A stretch of 34,702 bases of DNA from Chrysochromulina tobinii. Lineage: Eukaryota. The DNA is taken from contig JWZX01003330.1 in the NCBI GenBank assembly GCA_001275005.1, forward strand, positions 1-34,702, in the 5' to 3' direction. This document shows, one piece after another, positions 19,165 through 29,436 of this stretch (position 1 is its first letter; every line of letters starts with the position of its first letter). The notes under the pieces were generated by a model that saw nothing but the letters and a program-made list of their open reading frames with translations, searched no databases and was not told the origin of the DNA. The translations under genes were made by a program, and so were the position numbers.

Positions 19165-20199
19165 ATGCGGCACGTCCTCATCTTCATCCACTCCTTGACC
19201 GCCTCAGCGTTCAGTCTCGAGTACGCGGCGCCGGGCCGCGTGGTGGCCATCGGCGATGTGCACGGAGACTACCCCGCCTTCGTGCGCACGTTGCGGAATG
19301 CACGACTCGTCGACGGCAACGAGCGCTGGATTGGCGGGGATGCCACCCTCGTGCAGCTGGGCGACCTGCTCGATCGCGGCGCCAACGAGGCCGAATGCTG
19401 GTCGCTTCTGCGTCGACTGCAGGCTGATGCTCCGCGGGCTGGTGGAGGTCGTGTCATCCGATTGCTCGGGAACCACGAGGTGATGAACGTGTGTGCCATT
19501 GCGAGCAACTTCATTCACCCAGCAGGGCATGGAGCCTTTGGCACCGACAGGCTGCTGGCTTTTGCACCCGGCGGCGCGATCGCGTCGGAGATGGCCGACT
19601 GCTGCACAGTTGCGGCCATCATTGGCGACTCTTGCTTCGTGCACGCGCACCTCCCAGCCGATGCGACGCGAGAGAGCCTCGAGACGCTCAACCAAGCGAC
19701 GCAGCGGTGGCTCCGAGGTGAGCCTGCCCAGCCGGAGGACGATGTGATTTGCACGCTGGTGGAGGTGGATGGCTTCCAGGGCAGTGGCCGGCCGCAGTAC
19801 TCGGCCGCCACGTGCCTGCCGCTCGCGCTAAGCCACATGGCAGAACGCGATAAATCGCCCATTTGGGGGCGGCTGCTCTCGTCCCCCAGTGGCGAGCAGC
19901 CTTCACACGAACACTGCGACGCACTGCGGCAGTCGCTCGCGCGGCTGGGCGTCTCGCGACTCGTCGTCGGCCACACGCCCCAGCGCGTCATCAACGCCGC
20001 GTGCGATGGCCTCGTGTGGCGCTGCGACACGGGCATGAGTGAGTTCGTCATGTCGGGCGCCAGCCAGGCGCTCGAGATTTCGCAAGATGGCACCGTGCGC
20101 GTTCTCGATGGCGACGCCGCGCAGAGCGGCGGGGCGGCTCGCAGTAGAGAGGCGGCCGCTGCGAACGCCGGCGATTGCACCTATTTCGATATCTTTTGA
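19165..20199 (+). CDS. Shewanella-like (SLP/Shelph) metallophosphatase, probably plastid-targeted
   Basis: IGDVHGD, QLGDLLDRG, LGNHE, VVGHTPQ and DTGMS motifs. Signal peptide ending ASA-F. Confidence 0.9.
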   Translation: MRHVLIFIHSLTASAFSLEYAAPGRVVAIGDVHGDYPAFVRTLRNARLVDGNERWIGGDATLVQLGDLLDRGANEAECWSLLRRLQADAPRAGGGRVIRLLGNHEVMNVCAIASNFIHPAGHGAFGTDRLLAFAPGGAIASEMADCCTVAAIIGDSCFVHAHLPADATRESLETLNQATQRWLRGEPAQPEDDVICTLVEVDGFQGSGRPQYSAATCLPLALSHMAERDKSPIWGRLLSSPSGEQPSHEHCDALRQSLARLGVSRLVVGHTPQRVINAACDGLVWRCDTGMSEFVMSGASQALEISQDGTVRVLDGDAAQSGGAARSREAAAANAGDCTYFDIF

Positions 20200-20392
20200 C
20201 GATTACCCGCGGTTATAGAGTGGTGATTGACATAGAGTGAGTGATTGACCGAGCGCAGGAGTTTCATGTTTTACACACCGGGAGTTACCACACGGCTTAT
20301 GCCGTCGGTAACGCGTTTCCAAGTCGTTCACGAATCACGATCACGAATTTCGCAGCCCACGACGGCGGCTCTTCGCTCGCACCGCTCGCAAT

Positions 20393-23300
20393 ATGGGCGA
20401 CGCCGAGAAGCTCAAACAGGCTGTCTATGCGCTGTATGCGCCCACCTCGCCCGCGAAGACGCGCGGGGAGGCGAACGCGTGGCTAATGTCGTTCACTGCC
20501 ACGTTCCCCGCGTGGGAGGCCGCGCGCACAGCTCTTTCTGATCCGGATGAGAAGGTGCAGTTTATCGGTGCGAACATGTTCAAAATGAAGGTGTGCTCGG
20601 AGTGGCATTCGCTCCCCGAGGGCGCCAAGGCGCAGATCTACGGCGTGCTCAAGGAGGTCGTCGGCAAGATCCCCGTTGGCGCGCCCGACGGCTTCATGCG
20701 ACTGACTGCAGCGTCCAAGCAGCTGTGCCTTGCGCTCGCGGCGGCGGCTGTGCGGTCGGGCGCGCTCGAGTCGTTCGCGACGGATGCGCTCACGCTCGCC
20801 AAAGACCCGTCGGGCAAGGGTGCGGCCGTCGCCATCGAGCTCCTCATCGCGCTACCGCAGGAGCTTCTCGAGCGCACCACAGCGCAGGCGCCGTCCGGTG
20901 ACGGAGGGCCTATGACGCTCGCATCGAGCGCGCCCACCCTTAAGCGTGTGCAGTCGGGCGAGGGCGCGATGCTCGAGGGGCGCCCCGAGCTGCGCGGGCT
21001 GCTCCCGCAGGTGCTGCAGCTCCTTACGGCCGTGGTCGAGCACTTTGGCGCCGGCAGCGGGCCCGAGCACGCAGAGTGTGTCACGCAGTGCCTCAAATGT
21101 CTCGAAAAGTGGAACAGCCTTGAGATGGGGTACTCGCTGGTGATGCTCGCGGACAGCTTCCCCGCGCTGCTGCAGTGCGTCCTCGGCGCCTTCACCTCGC
21201 CCGTCGAGCCGCTCGTCGTCGCCGCCGCTGACGCTTTCGTCGAGCTGCTCTCCTCCAACAACACCGTGCTCTCTGTCGGCGTCGAGCGGCAGGTGTGTCT
21301 GCGCATTGCCCTGGGCCTTCCCTGGGCCTTCCCTGACCCTGCCATCGCCCTGCCCTTGCCCTGCCCTTGCCCTGCCCTTGCCCTGCCCTTTCCCTTGCCA
21401 CTGGTCACCGCTGCTCGCTGCTGCGGACCGCGGATTGCACCCCTCATCCCTCATCACTGCTGAGGACCGCGGATTGCACCCCTCATCAGGTTGCATTGAC
21501 CCATCAGATCTCGAACCATCTGCAACTCGTCGCCGACCAGCTACGTGTGAAAGAGGCGGCCGCCGCCGACGACGGGACAATGAGCGAGTCCCAGTACCAC
21601 TTTTGCCGCGCCCTCTGCGCCTTTGCTGACCGAGCGGTGGACATCGTGTCTACCTGCCAAGATGACACACTCCTCCCGCTGGTCAATCTACTCTTCTGCT
21701 GCCTGGGCGCCGATCTCCGGGTGGCTGAGCTCACGGTGGACTTCTGGGCGTCCATCCAAGACACCCCGCTCGCGCAGCGCCATCCGCAGCTTGGTGTGCT
21801 GTTGTACCGCGAGCTCCAGATGAGCTCTGATTGCCTCTAATTGCCTCTGATGACCTCTGATTGGCTCCCTCATCAGGTGTGCCGTTGTACCGTGAGCTCC
21901 AGATGCGCGTGCTCGCCAAGTGCACGCTTCCGCAGAGCTTCACAAGCTGGGAGGACGAGGTGCGAGAGGAGGGCCCCTGAGGACCTCTGAGGACCTCTGA
22001 GGACCTCTGAGGACCTCTGATGGCCTCTGATGACCTTGGATGACTTCGGATGACCTGGGATGACCTCGGATGGTGCGAGAGGAGGACCTCTGAGTGCACC
22101 GATGCGGTGCCGTGGATTGCGTCCTCTCGTCTTCACACCTGCGGCTTCACACCTGCGTCTCCACACCTGCGTCTTCACACCTGCGTCTTCACACCTGTGT
22201 CTTCACACTGCTCCTCACCCATTCTCGGTTGCAGACCTCCCTCGAAGAGGACGACTTTGAGCGCTTCCGTGAGCAGTCGGGGCAAGAGCTGCTGACTGCG
22301 TGCCTGCAGCTTCTACGCACCGAGTTCATCGGCACGCTGCGCGCTCGTCTCGAGTCGCCCGCGGGAGGGGGTGGCGCACCACCGCCATGGCAGCAGCTCG
22401 AGCTTGTGTGCTGGGCCACGCGCGTGTTGCATGCAGAGCTCAAGACAACGCTTAGCCGCGAGCACGAGACGCTGGCAGCCGACCCGGCGTCGACGCAGCG
22501 CCAGCTTGAGTTCAATTCGAGTATCAAGGTGTGAAGACCCCTCTGATGGCCACTGATTGCGCCTGATTGCCATCCCCCATGCCCCTCATCGCCACTACTT
22601 GCCACTCACTGCCACTACTTGCCACTCACTCCGACTCACCGCCACGCACACGCCACTAATTGCCGCTAATCGCGCTAATCGCCACTGATTGCCATGCATA
22701 CGCCATGGGGCCCTCGTCGAGTCCCTCCTCACATCCCTGTTTGCCTCCCTGCTTGCCTCCGATTGCATCCCTCATCACAGGCCCTCGTCGAGTCCCTCCT
22801 CACGCCCATCGCCGCGGGCGCTTTTGCGATGCAGCCGGCCCAGGTGTGCGCGCGCGAGCACGGTTGGTCTGGCTCAGGCCACTTGGTCGATGCATGCTGC
22901 CGATGAGCTCCCTACCTCCCTAATTTGGCAATATGTGCTGAAGAGTTCCCTCCCTCATTTGGCAGGTGCGCGCGAGCGCGGTGCGTCTGGTAGGCAATTT
23001 CGGCAAGACGCTCGCTGCCGAGCACTCGCATAGCCTCGAGGGCGTGGTGCACTTCGTGCTGAGCTCGCTCGTGGTTGATGGAGCCGCCGAGCATGCCGCC
23101 ATTGCTTTCCGCTCGCTCTGCGTGCATGCCAAGCGGCAGCTCGGACGACAAGAGACCGTGCTCGCACTGCTACGCGTCTGCGAGCCGGCCTTGAGCAACG
23201 TTGAGCTCACGGCCGAGCTCAGGATCGCCTTAGCCGAGGGACTCGCGCGGCTCGTGGCCGAGCTGCCCTCCCGCGACGACCAGGCGCGATCAGCTCTCAC

Positions 23301-24847
23301 CGAACTGCTGCGTACGCCGTGCACGCTGCTGCAGAATGCGCTGCAGCACGGCGCGACGGCAGGGGAGGCGGGCGTGGGCGCCTGGCGTCGACAGTCCGCG
23401 GAGAATGTGGCGACTCAGGTCGCGCTTGTGGGCGCTGCGATCCGCTTCTGCGACCGTTACAATGTCGACGTGCCCGGCGCGGCGGCGAATGTGAATCCGG
23501 TGCTGCCCGTGATGCAGAGCGGCGTGTGGGATCTTCTGTTGCAGGTGTTCACTGCGCCTGATTGGGATTGCGTCTGATTGCGCCTGCTTGCGCCTGCTTG
23601 CTCCTGCTTGCGTCTGATTGCGTCTGATTGCGTCTGATTGCCCGTGATGCCGAGCGGCGTTTGGGATCTTCTGGTGCAGGTTGGAGGCATGACCTGACCA
23701 ACTGCCCTGCATGCAAGTGCTCACACCGGCGCGTTCGCTCCCCCGCAGGTGGCTGGCGCTTACCGCTCCGAGGCGGTGGTGGTGCAGGCCATGTGCGAGC
23801 TCTACTCGCGTATGATGGCTACGATGGGCATGCTCATGCGTCCACTGCTGCCGCAGCTGCTGCACGAGCTCGCGCGTACCTTCCCTTCGACACCTGTCGT
23901 GGGCGTTCTCTCGACGCTGCGCGACGCCATCGAGCAGTATGGGCGTCAGCAGGACGATGAGCTGCACGACACGCTGCTCTTCGTCATGTCGGAGCTAGTC
24001 AACTTCTTCTGCGCGTGGCTCTCCTCCACCAAGGAACCCGAGGTACGCCCGATGGCGACGGATGGCGACGGATCGCAACGGATTGCGACGGATGGCGACG
24101 GATTGCGACTGATTCAGTGTGCCTCCCCGATCGAGCAGGCACAACCCGAGCTCCTCACCGCCTTCTGGGAGATGTGCCATCGCTGCCTCGTCTTCCAACC
24201 AGGCCTGCTGCTCTCGCTGCCGTGCGCCGGCGCCCTGTTCGACGCTGCCGTCGCCTGCGTACGCCACCAGGAGTTTCAGCACACGCGCGCCGTGCTCACG
24301 TTCATTTGCCTCTTCATGTGCCCGACCGAGGCGGCCAACCCCTTCCGCGAGACGTCGGTCATGTGCATCCAGGTGCGTGTGCCTTTGACTGCCCCTCCGA
24401 CTGCCCCTCTGATGGTCTATAAACTCGGATGGTCTATGAACTCGGATGTCATCTGACATGGTCTCGTCCGTCGTGTGCACACAGGCTTCCGGCAAGCAGC
24501 TGCTGCGCGAATGCCTTTCGGGTCTGGCCGCCGTATCTCCCGACAATCTCGTCGACCACCAGGTCGAGCTCATGCGCGTACTCGTCGAGGCATGCCCAGG
24601 CGCCGTGGCCACGTGGCTCAACGAGCTGCTGTGCGCCCAACACGGCGCGTCCGACGGGTTGATTACGGGTGCCATCGACCCCCAGGGCGTGACGATGCGG
24701 TCGTTCGCGGCGCTCGTGCTGCAGCAGCCGGCGCTCGGGCAGGCCGAGTTCCAGTGCGTCGCGTCGGACTTTTCGCGCATCTGCCGCGGCAAGCTCGCGC
24801 CTGACTCCCTCAATCGTCACTCGCACCTGATGCGCTCCGGACAGTGA
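20393..24847 (+). CDS. Importin-beta family karyopherin, transportin-3/importin-13 type; 9 exons, ~1037 aa
   Basis: Exons 20393-21292, 21490-21793, 21877-21959, 22235-22528, 22781-22843, 22966-23544, 23749-24042, 24139-24372 and 24485-24847, all with GT..AG and a continuous frame (3114 nt). N-terminal ALY..ANAWL..F...AW, QLCLALA, LPQE, DFW and EDDFERFRE motifs are typical of this subfamily. Confidence 0.85.
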
Positions 24848-24858
24848 GGACATTAGCT

Positions 24859-25041
24859 GAGATCGCGCGAGATGGCGCGAGATCGAGTCTGAGATCGCGC
24901 GAGATGGCACGAGATCGAGTATGCGGATAGCTGCGGGTGCGTGGGGCGAGAGAGGTAGTTTCGGTGGAAGACGACGAGGACGGCGGCGAGAGCGAGAGCG
25001 AGAGCGAGAGACAATGGACGAGATGCAGAGAGAGAGAGAGC
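24859..25041. repeat. GAGAT(C/G)GCGC 10-mer repeats and (GAGAGC)n/(GA)n downstream of the karyopherin gene
   Basis: Read directly. Confidence 0.8.
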
Positions 25042-25712
25042 AAACCTCAGGCTCGAGGGCACAGCGGACCTCCGGTATCCGGATAGAGATGCACACGCGA
25101 AGGTGAGACGCCAGACCAAACTTGCAGCCCCGCACGACCGATCGGCCAGCCGAGACGCTTCTCGTGCGCGGCTGTCTCCGTCGGCGTCTCCGCGAGACCG
25201 GAGCAGAAAATGGAGGCAGATAAATCTCGATGTGGCCGCGATCATCTCTGGTGCCGATTGATATCAACGATTACCATTTGTCGCGGGTGCCGTGGCCGCG
25301 GCGCGCCCGGGCCGGACCCCTGAGCGGTGAGCGCGTCGCGGCGAGGCGGCGTCTGTGACCGTGACGCCGGACGGCCCGGGGCCGCGGGCGCGCCGGAACC
25401 TCCCGGCTTTTTTCGTCGCGTATAATCTTTGCGCCCGGGGGACTGCGCGCCGGCGCGCGGGTCATTTCATTAAGGCTCAACGTTTGTGACGTAGGTACAT
25501 GAAAACGACAAGCTGTCCTCACCCGCTCGCAGAACGAGAACCGACCGGGGGACGAGCGACGTGGGCAGCGCCGTGTGGGCACAGCCACAGGGCGGGTGTG
25601 GGCGACGTCGGCCGGACTGACCGTAGCGAGTGTCGGATGCGCCCGTTGGGCACCGTTCGTACGCTGTGCAGCTCTGGGCTGGCGCATGGCTCGCCCCCGC
25701 CATCCGGAGGGC

Positions 25713-26297
25713 TCACTGCACGAGCAGAGCTGCGTTGCCCAGCCAATTCTTCTCGGGGTCATCGAGGTGCGCGTCAAAGTCGATGATCTCGTGCTGCAGG
25801 CTGTTGGCGATGCACCTCTCGAGGCGCACGATGCAGCCCTCGGCATCGCCCTCGATGAACGGCGCGGCGCCGCGTTTCCCATCCGCTCCCTGCGTAATCA
25901 GCCGCAGGTCGGTCGCCGAAGGGTGCATACTCGCGCCATCAACGACGAAGACAGCTGCAGCCGGCACCTGCGAGCGGATCTTGTCGCTGATCCGCTTGCC
26001 AAACGGGCCGAGGTCAAGGTCGTCGACAAGTTCGTTCGCCTGGTAGTAGCCGACGATTTGCAGCCCGTTTTGCTGGCAGTACTCATCCGCGAGCAGCAGC
26101 GCCGCCTCGAGCATCGGCGCGAGCGAGATCTGCGTGTGAAACAGCGGCAACGTCATCTCGACGCTCACCGAGCCGTCCGCAGCAGCGCTTCCCAAAAGCA
26201 GGCCGTTGAGCGAGCGCGTGGGGTATCGGCAGCAGTGCAGGAAGAGGACAGTGTAAGCATCGGCCTTCAGTGCAATCGCCGGCTTGGAGATCGCCAT
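25713..26297 (-). CDS. EMC8: ER membrane protein complex subunit 8/9 (UPF0172, MPN-like)
   Basis: AY...LH..RYP...NGLLLG, PLFH...LAPMLEAAL, IVGYYQANE and DFD.HLDD...NW motifs. Confidence 0.92.
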   Translation of the reverse strand: MAISKPAIALKADAYTVLFLHCCRYPTRSLNGLLLGSAAADGSVSVEMTLPLFHTQISLAPMLEAALLLADEYCQQNGLQIVGYYQANELVDDLDLGPFGKRISDKIRSQVPAAAVFVVDGASMHPSATDLRLITQGADGKRGAAPFIEGDAEGCIVRLERCIANSLQHEIIDFDAHLDDPEKNWLGNAALLVQ

Positions 26298-26442
26298 CGT
26301 GAGGGGCGGCCACGGAGTAAAGCTGTGAACGGACCGAGATCCAGAAAAATTTGCTCATGATCAAGTTGTTGGCCGCTCAAGTTGGGGTCAGAGGTTCCGA
26401 TTCGCCTCCCGATGTGGTCAGTCCGCCCAACACTCACCCGCG

Positions 26443-28308
26443 ATGGCCGCTTCGAGGATGAGACGGTTGTTGAGTCTCCGCCCGCAGCCGCGCTCGCAAC
26501 CACGCAAAGAGCTCCTCGAACTCGAGCGGCCGCGCTCTGGCACCCCGACAGCACTGCGCCCGTTTCTCGTCGAGCGTTACCCTGGATGGACAGATGGCTC
26601 CGCGTCGCTTTCGTCGTCGGAGACGGAACCGCTCACCATGAACGAGCTCCTTGCTCACGCTGACGACGAGGGTGCTGAGCGCTGGCGCACGCTCTCGCTC
26701 GGATATCCATCGCACAATGAGGGTAGCCCGTGGCTGCGCCGAGAGATCGCTGCCATATACAGCGGCGGCATCGACGAGCGCCAGATCAACGTGTGCGTGC
26801 CGCAGGAGGGGATCTACCTGACGGCGCGCGCCCTCCTCTCGCCCGGCGATCACGTGGTGACCACAGTGCCGCACTACCAGAGCCTGAGTGAGGTAGCACG
26901 CTCAATTGGGTGCGAGGTGAGTGCGTGGCGGCCCGAGGGCAGCCCGGCACGCTTCGAGGTGTCCACGCTACACTCGCTGCTGCGACCCAGTCGCACCAAG
27001 CTCGTGATCGCCAACTGGCCGCACAATCCAACGGGCGCGCTGCCGACCCCGGAGGAGCTGCAGGCGGTGGTTGCCGCTGTGGAAGCGAGCGGCGCGCACC
27101 TGATGATCGACGAGATGTACGCTGAGGACCTCACTGAGGACACATGATGACCTTTCTGATGACCTCCCTGATGACCTCCCTGATGGCCTCCCTGATGGCC
27201 TCCCTCATCAGGCACCGCGGCCTTGAGCACCCAGGCAGCGCGCAGCTCGCCGCCGCAGTCGAGGCCTATTCACGCGGTGTGAGCTTGAGTGGTCTGTCGA
27301 AGACAGTCGGGCTCCCAGGGCTACGCATTGGATGGCTTGCCTCGCGCGACGCCGCCTTCATGGTACGCGGCGGAGTGAGTGCGACTGATTACCTCCCTCC
27401 ATCAGAGCGCCTCGCTGATGGCCTCCCTCGTCAGAGCGCCTCGCTGATTGCCTCCCTCATCAGAGCGCCTTGCTGATTGCCTCCCTTATCAGAGCGCCTC
27501 GCTGATTGCCTCCCTCATCAGAGCGCCTCGCTGATTGTCTCCCTCATCAGGCGCGAATCGCGCAGCTCAAAGACTACACGACCATCTGCCCGCCCACACC
27601 CTCCGAAGTCCTCGCGCTCATCGCGCTGCGGGCGCGACCAACGCTACTCACGCGCAGCCACGCCCTGCTTGCCGCGGGGCTCGAGGCGGCGCGCGCCGTG
27701 GTGGGCGCCCATCCCGAGGTGCGTGGCCCACTGATTGCCTCCCTCATCAGAGCGCCTCGCTGATTGTCTCCCTCATCAGGGCGCCCATCCCGAGGTGCGT
27801 GGCCCACTGTTGGCTGCTGTTGGCTGCTGATGGCTGCTGATGACCGCGGATGGCCGCTGATGAGCGCGGATGGCCAAGGGTGACCGCAGATGGTTGTGTG
27901 CGTGTGCTCGCGCAGCATCTCGAATGGGCAGAGCCTCGTGCGGGCACCTTCGCCTTCGTGCGGCTGCGTGGGCGCACTGGTGTACCTGTAGACGCGGAGG
28001 CGTACTGCGACGCGCTGCGCGCGCGTGCCGGCCTCATGCTGATGCCGGGGACGCTCTTTGACCATCACGAAGGGGAGGGCGCCGAGACGAGCGCGCGCGC
28101 CGTTCTATCGAGCGCGAGCGCCGCGGCTCCGACGGACGCCTCCGAGCGGGTGCGGCTGACCGGTGGGCGCCGTATAGAGCGCGCCGTATCGAGCGCGCGC
28201 GCCGTATCGGACGCCTCCGAGCGGGTGCGGCTGACCTATGGGCGCAAGGAGACCCCCCTTCTGCTGGAGCGCTGGGCCATGGACTTGGGCAGATGCGGGG
28301 TCATATGA
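26443..28308 (+). CDS. PLP-dependent aminotransferase class I/II; 4 exons
   Basis: Exons 26443-27116, 27212-27362, 27551-27718 and 27916-28308 splice in frame. Motifs: LGY...G...LR..IA, P.YQSL, NWPHNPTG, IDEM, GLSKTVGLPGLRIGW (PLP lysine), KDYTTIC. Arg-rich mitochondrial-type N-terminus. Confidence 0.88.
27384..27550 (+). repeat. Intronic 29-bp tandem repeat (GCTGATTGCCTCCCTCATCAGAGCGCCTC), ~6 copies; 2 more at ~27730-27779
   Basis: Read directly. Confidence 0.9.
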
Positions 28309-28310
28309 GG

Positions 28311-28350
28311 CAAGTCAAGTTGACTTGACTTGACTTGACTTGACTTAACT
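28311..28350. repeat. CAAGT/ACTTG pentamer repeat with an inversion point (CAAGTCAAGT|TGACTTGACT...)
   Basis: Read directly, immediately after the aminotransferase stop codon. Confidence 0.85.
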
Positions 28351-28689
28351 TTACTCGCGTGAGGCAGCGAGGGCCTTCGACTTGCTTTGAGGCGGCTGCG
28401 TGCCGGCGTGGGGCTTCAGCCTGGAGACGACTCCATTGTTCTCGCGAGCCCAAGCAAGCAAACTAGCAAAGTCCCGCGTTCGACTCATTTTGTGATTTAG
28501 CTCGGCTTGCTTGCTTGCCCTCACGTCCCAGCAGCTGCCAGTCCCAGTGCGCAGGCAGGCACGTGTAGGAACTCTATCTTCAAATGGTTACTCTTCATGG
28601 GTCCATGCGTCGGAAAAACGCCGTGTTGGCGAGATAGTTGAGATCTCATGACCTCGGGGGAGCACACGGAAATTCCTCGTCCACTCGCC

Positions 28690-29436
28690 ATGCTGTATCG
28701 GCAAACTCTGCTGCTCGTGGTCGCCTCGCTGTGCGCGGCGGCCGGCTATTCGACGGTGGGTGGCGCACCGCACCGTTTCGCCCTCGGCGCTCCGCGTACG
28801 TCCGCCGTCGTCGCTCAGGTCAGCGCAGGGGACGTCAAAAAGCTGCGAGAGGCGACGGGCGCGGGCATGATGAAGTGCAAGGAGGCGCTCGCGGAGGCGA
28901 ACGGTGACTTCGAGAAGGCTGTCGAGGAGCTGCGCAAGAAGGGCCTAGCCTCGGCTGAGAAGAAGGCCTCGCGCAAGGCGCTGGAGGGTATCGTTGAGAC
29001 ATACATCCACACCGGCGCAAAGCTTGGCGTGATGGTGGAGGTCAACTGCGAGACCGACTTCGTGGCCAAGAACCCGACGCTGTCAGAGCTGGCCAGGACC
29101 ATTGCCATGCAGGTTGCCGCGTGCCCGACCGTCGAGGTCGTGAGCATGGACGACATCTCGCCCGACTACATCGAGAAGGAGAAGAAGATTGAGTCGCAGG
29201 CGGAGGACCTCAAGGGCAAGCCGGCGGCGATCGTGGACAAGATCGTGACCGGCCGCGTCGAGAAGCTGGTGAAGACGAAGCTGCTGCTCGACCAGCCCTA
29301 CATTCGCGACCCCAGTATCACGGTCAAGGACCTGATCTCCCAGTACATTACCAAAATGGGCGAGAACATCCGCGTATCGCGTTTTGTTCGGTTCAACGTC
29401 GGCGAGGGCCAGACGAAGAGCGAGGAGGAGGAGTGA
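28690..29436 (+). CDS. tsf: Nuclear-encoded plastid elongation factor Ts (short, cyanobacterial type)
   Basis: VKKLREATGAGMMKCKEAL, LRKKGLA, YIH.G.KLGV.VEVNCETDFVA, AMQVAA, LLDQPYIRD and GENIRVSRFVRF motifs. Signal peptide plus transit-like leader from the ATG at 28690. Confidence 0.95.
   Translation: MLYRQTLLLVVASLCAAAGYSTVGGAPHRFALGAPRTSAVVAQVSAGDVKKLREATGAGMMKCKEALAEANGDFEKAVEELRKKGLASAEKKASRKALEGIVETYIHTGAKLGVMVEVNCETDFVAKNPTLSELARTIAMQVAACPTVEVVSMDDISPDYIEKEKKIESQAEDLKGKPAAIVDKIVTGRVEKLVKTKLLLDQPYIRDPSITVKDLISQYITKMGENIRVSRFVRFNVGEGQTKSEEEE

Noticed and set aside
16030..20199. Bacterial operon or contamination (rsmE, GH79, SLP are bacterial-like and intronless)
   Set aside because: RsmE and SLP carry eukaryotic targeting leaders, the genes share host codon usage, and they are interleaved with intron-containing eukaryote-specific genes.
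20393..24847. Cluster of separate small genes or a pseudogene, as the ORF track suggests
   Set aside because: The fragments join through canonical GT-AG introns into one continuous ~1037-aa frame.
24449..25882. 272-aa and 203-aa Arg/Ser-rich minus-strand ORFs
   Set aside because: Low-complexity translations of GA-rich and GC-rich repeats and UTR sequence.
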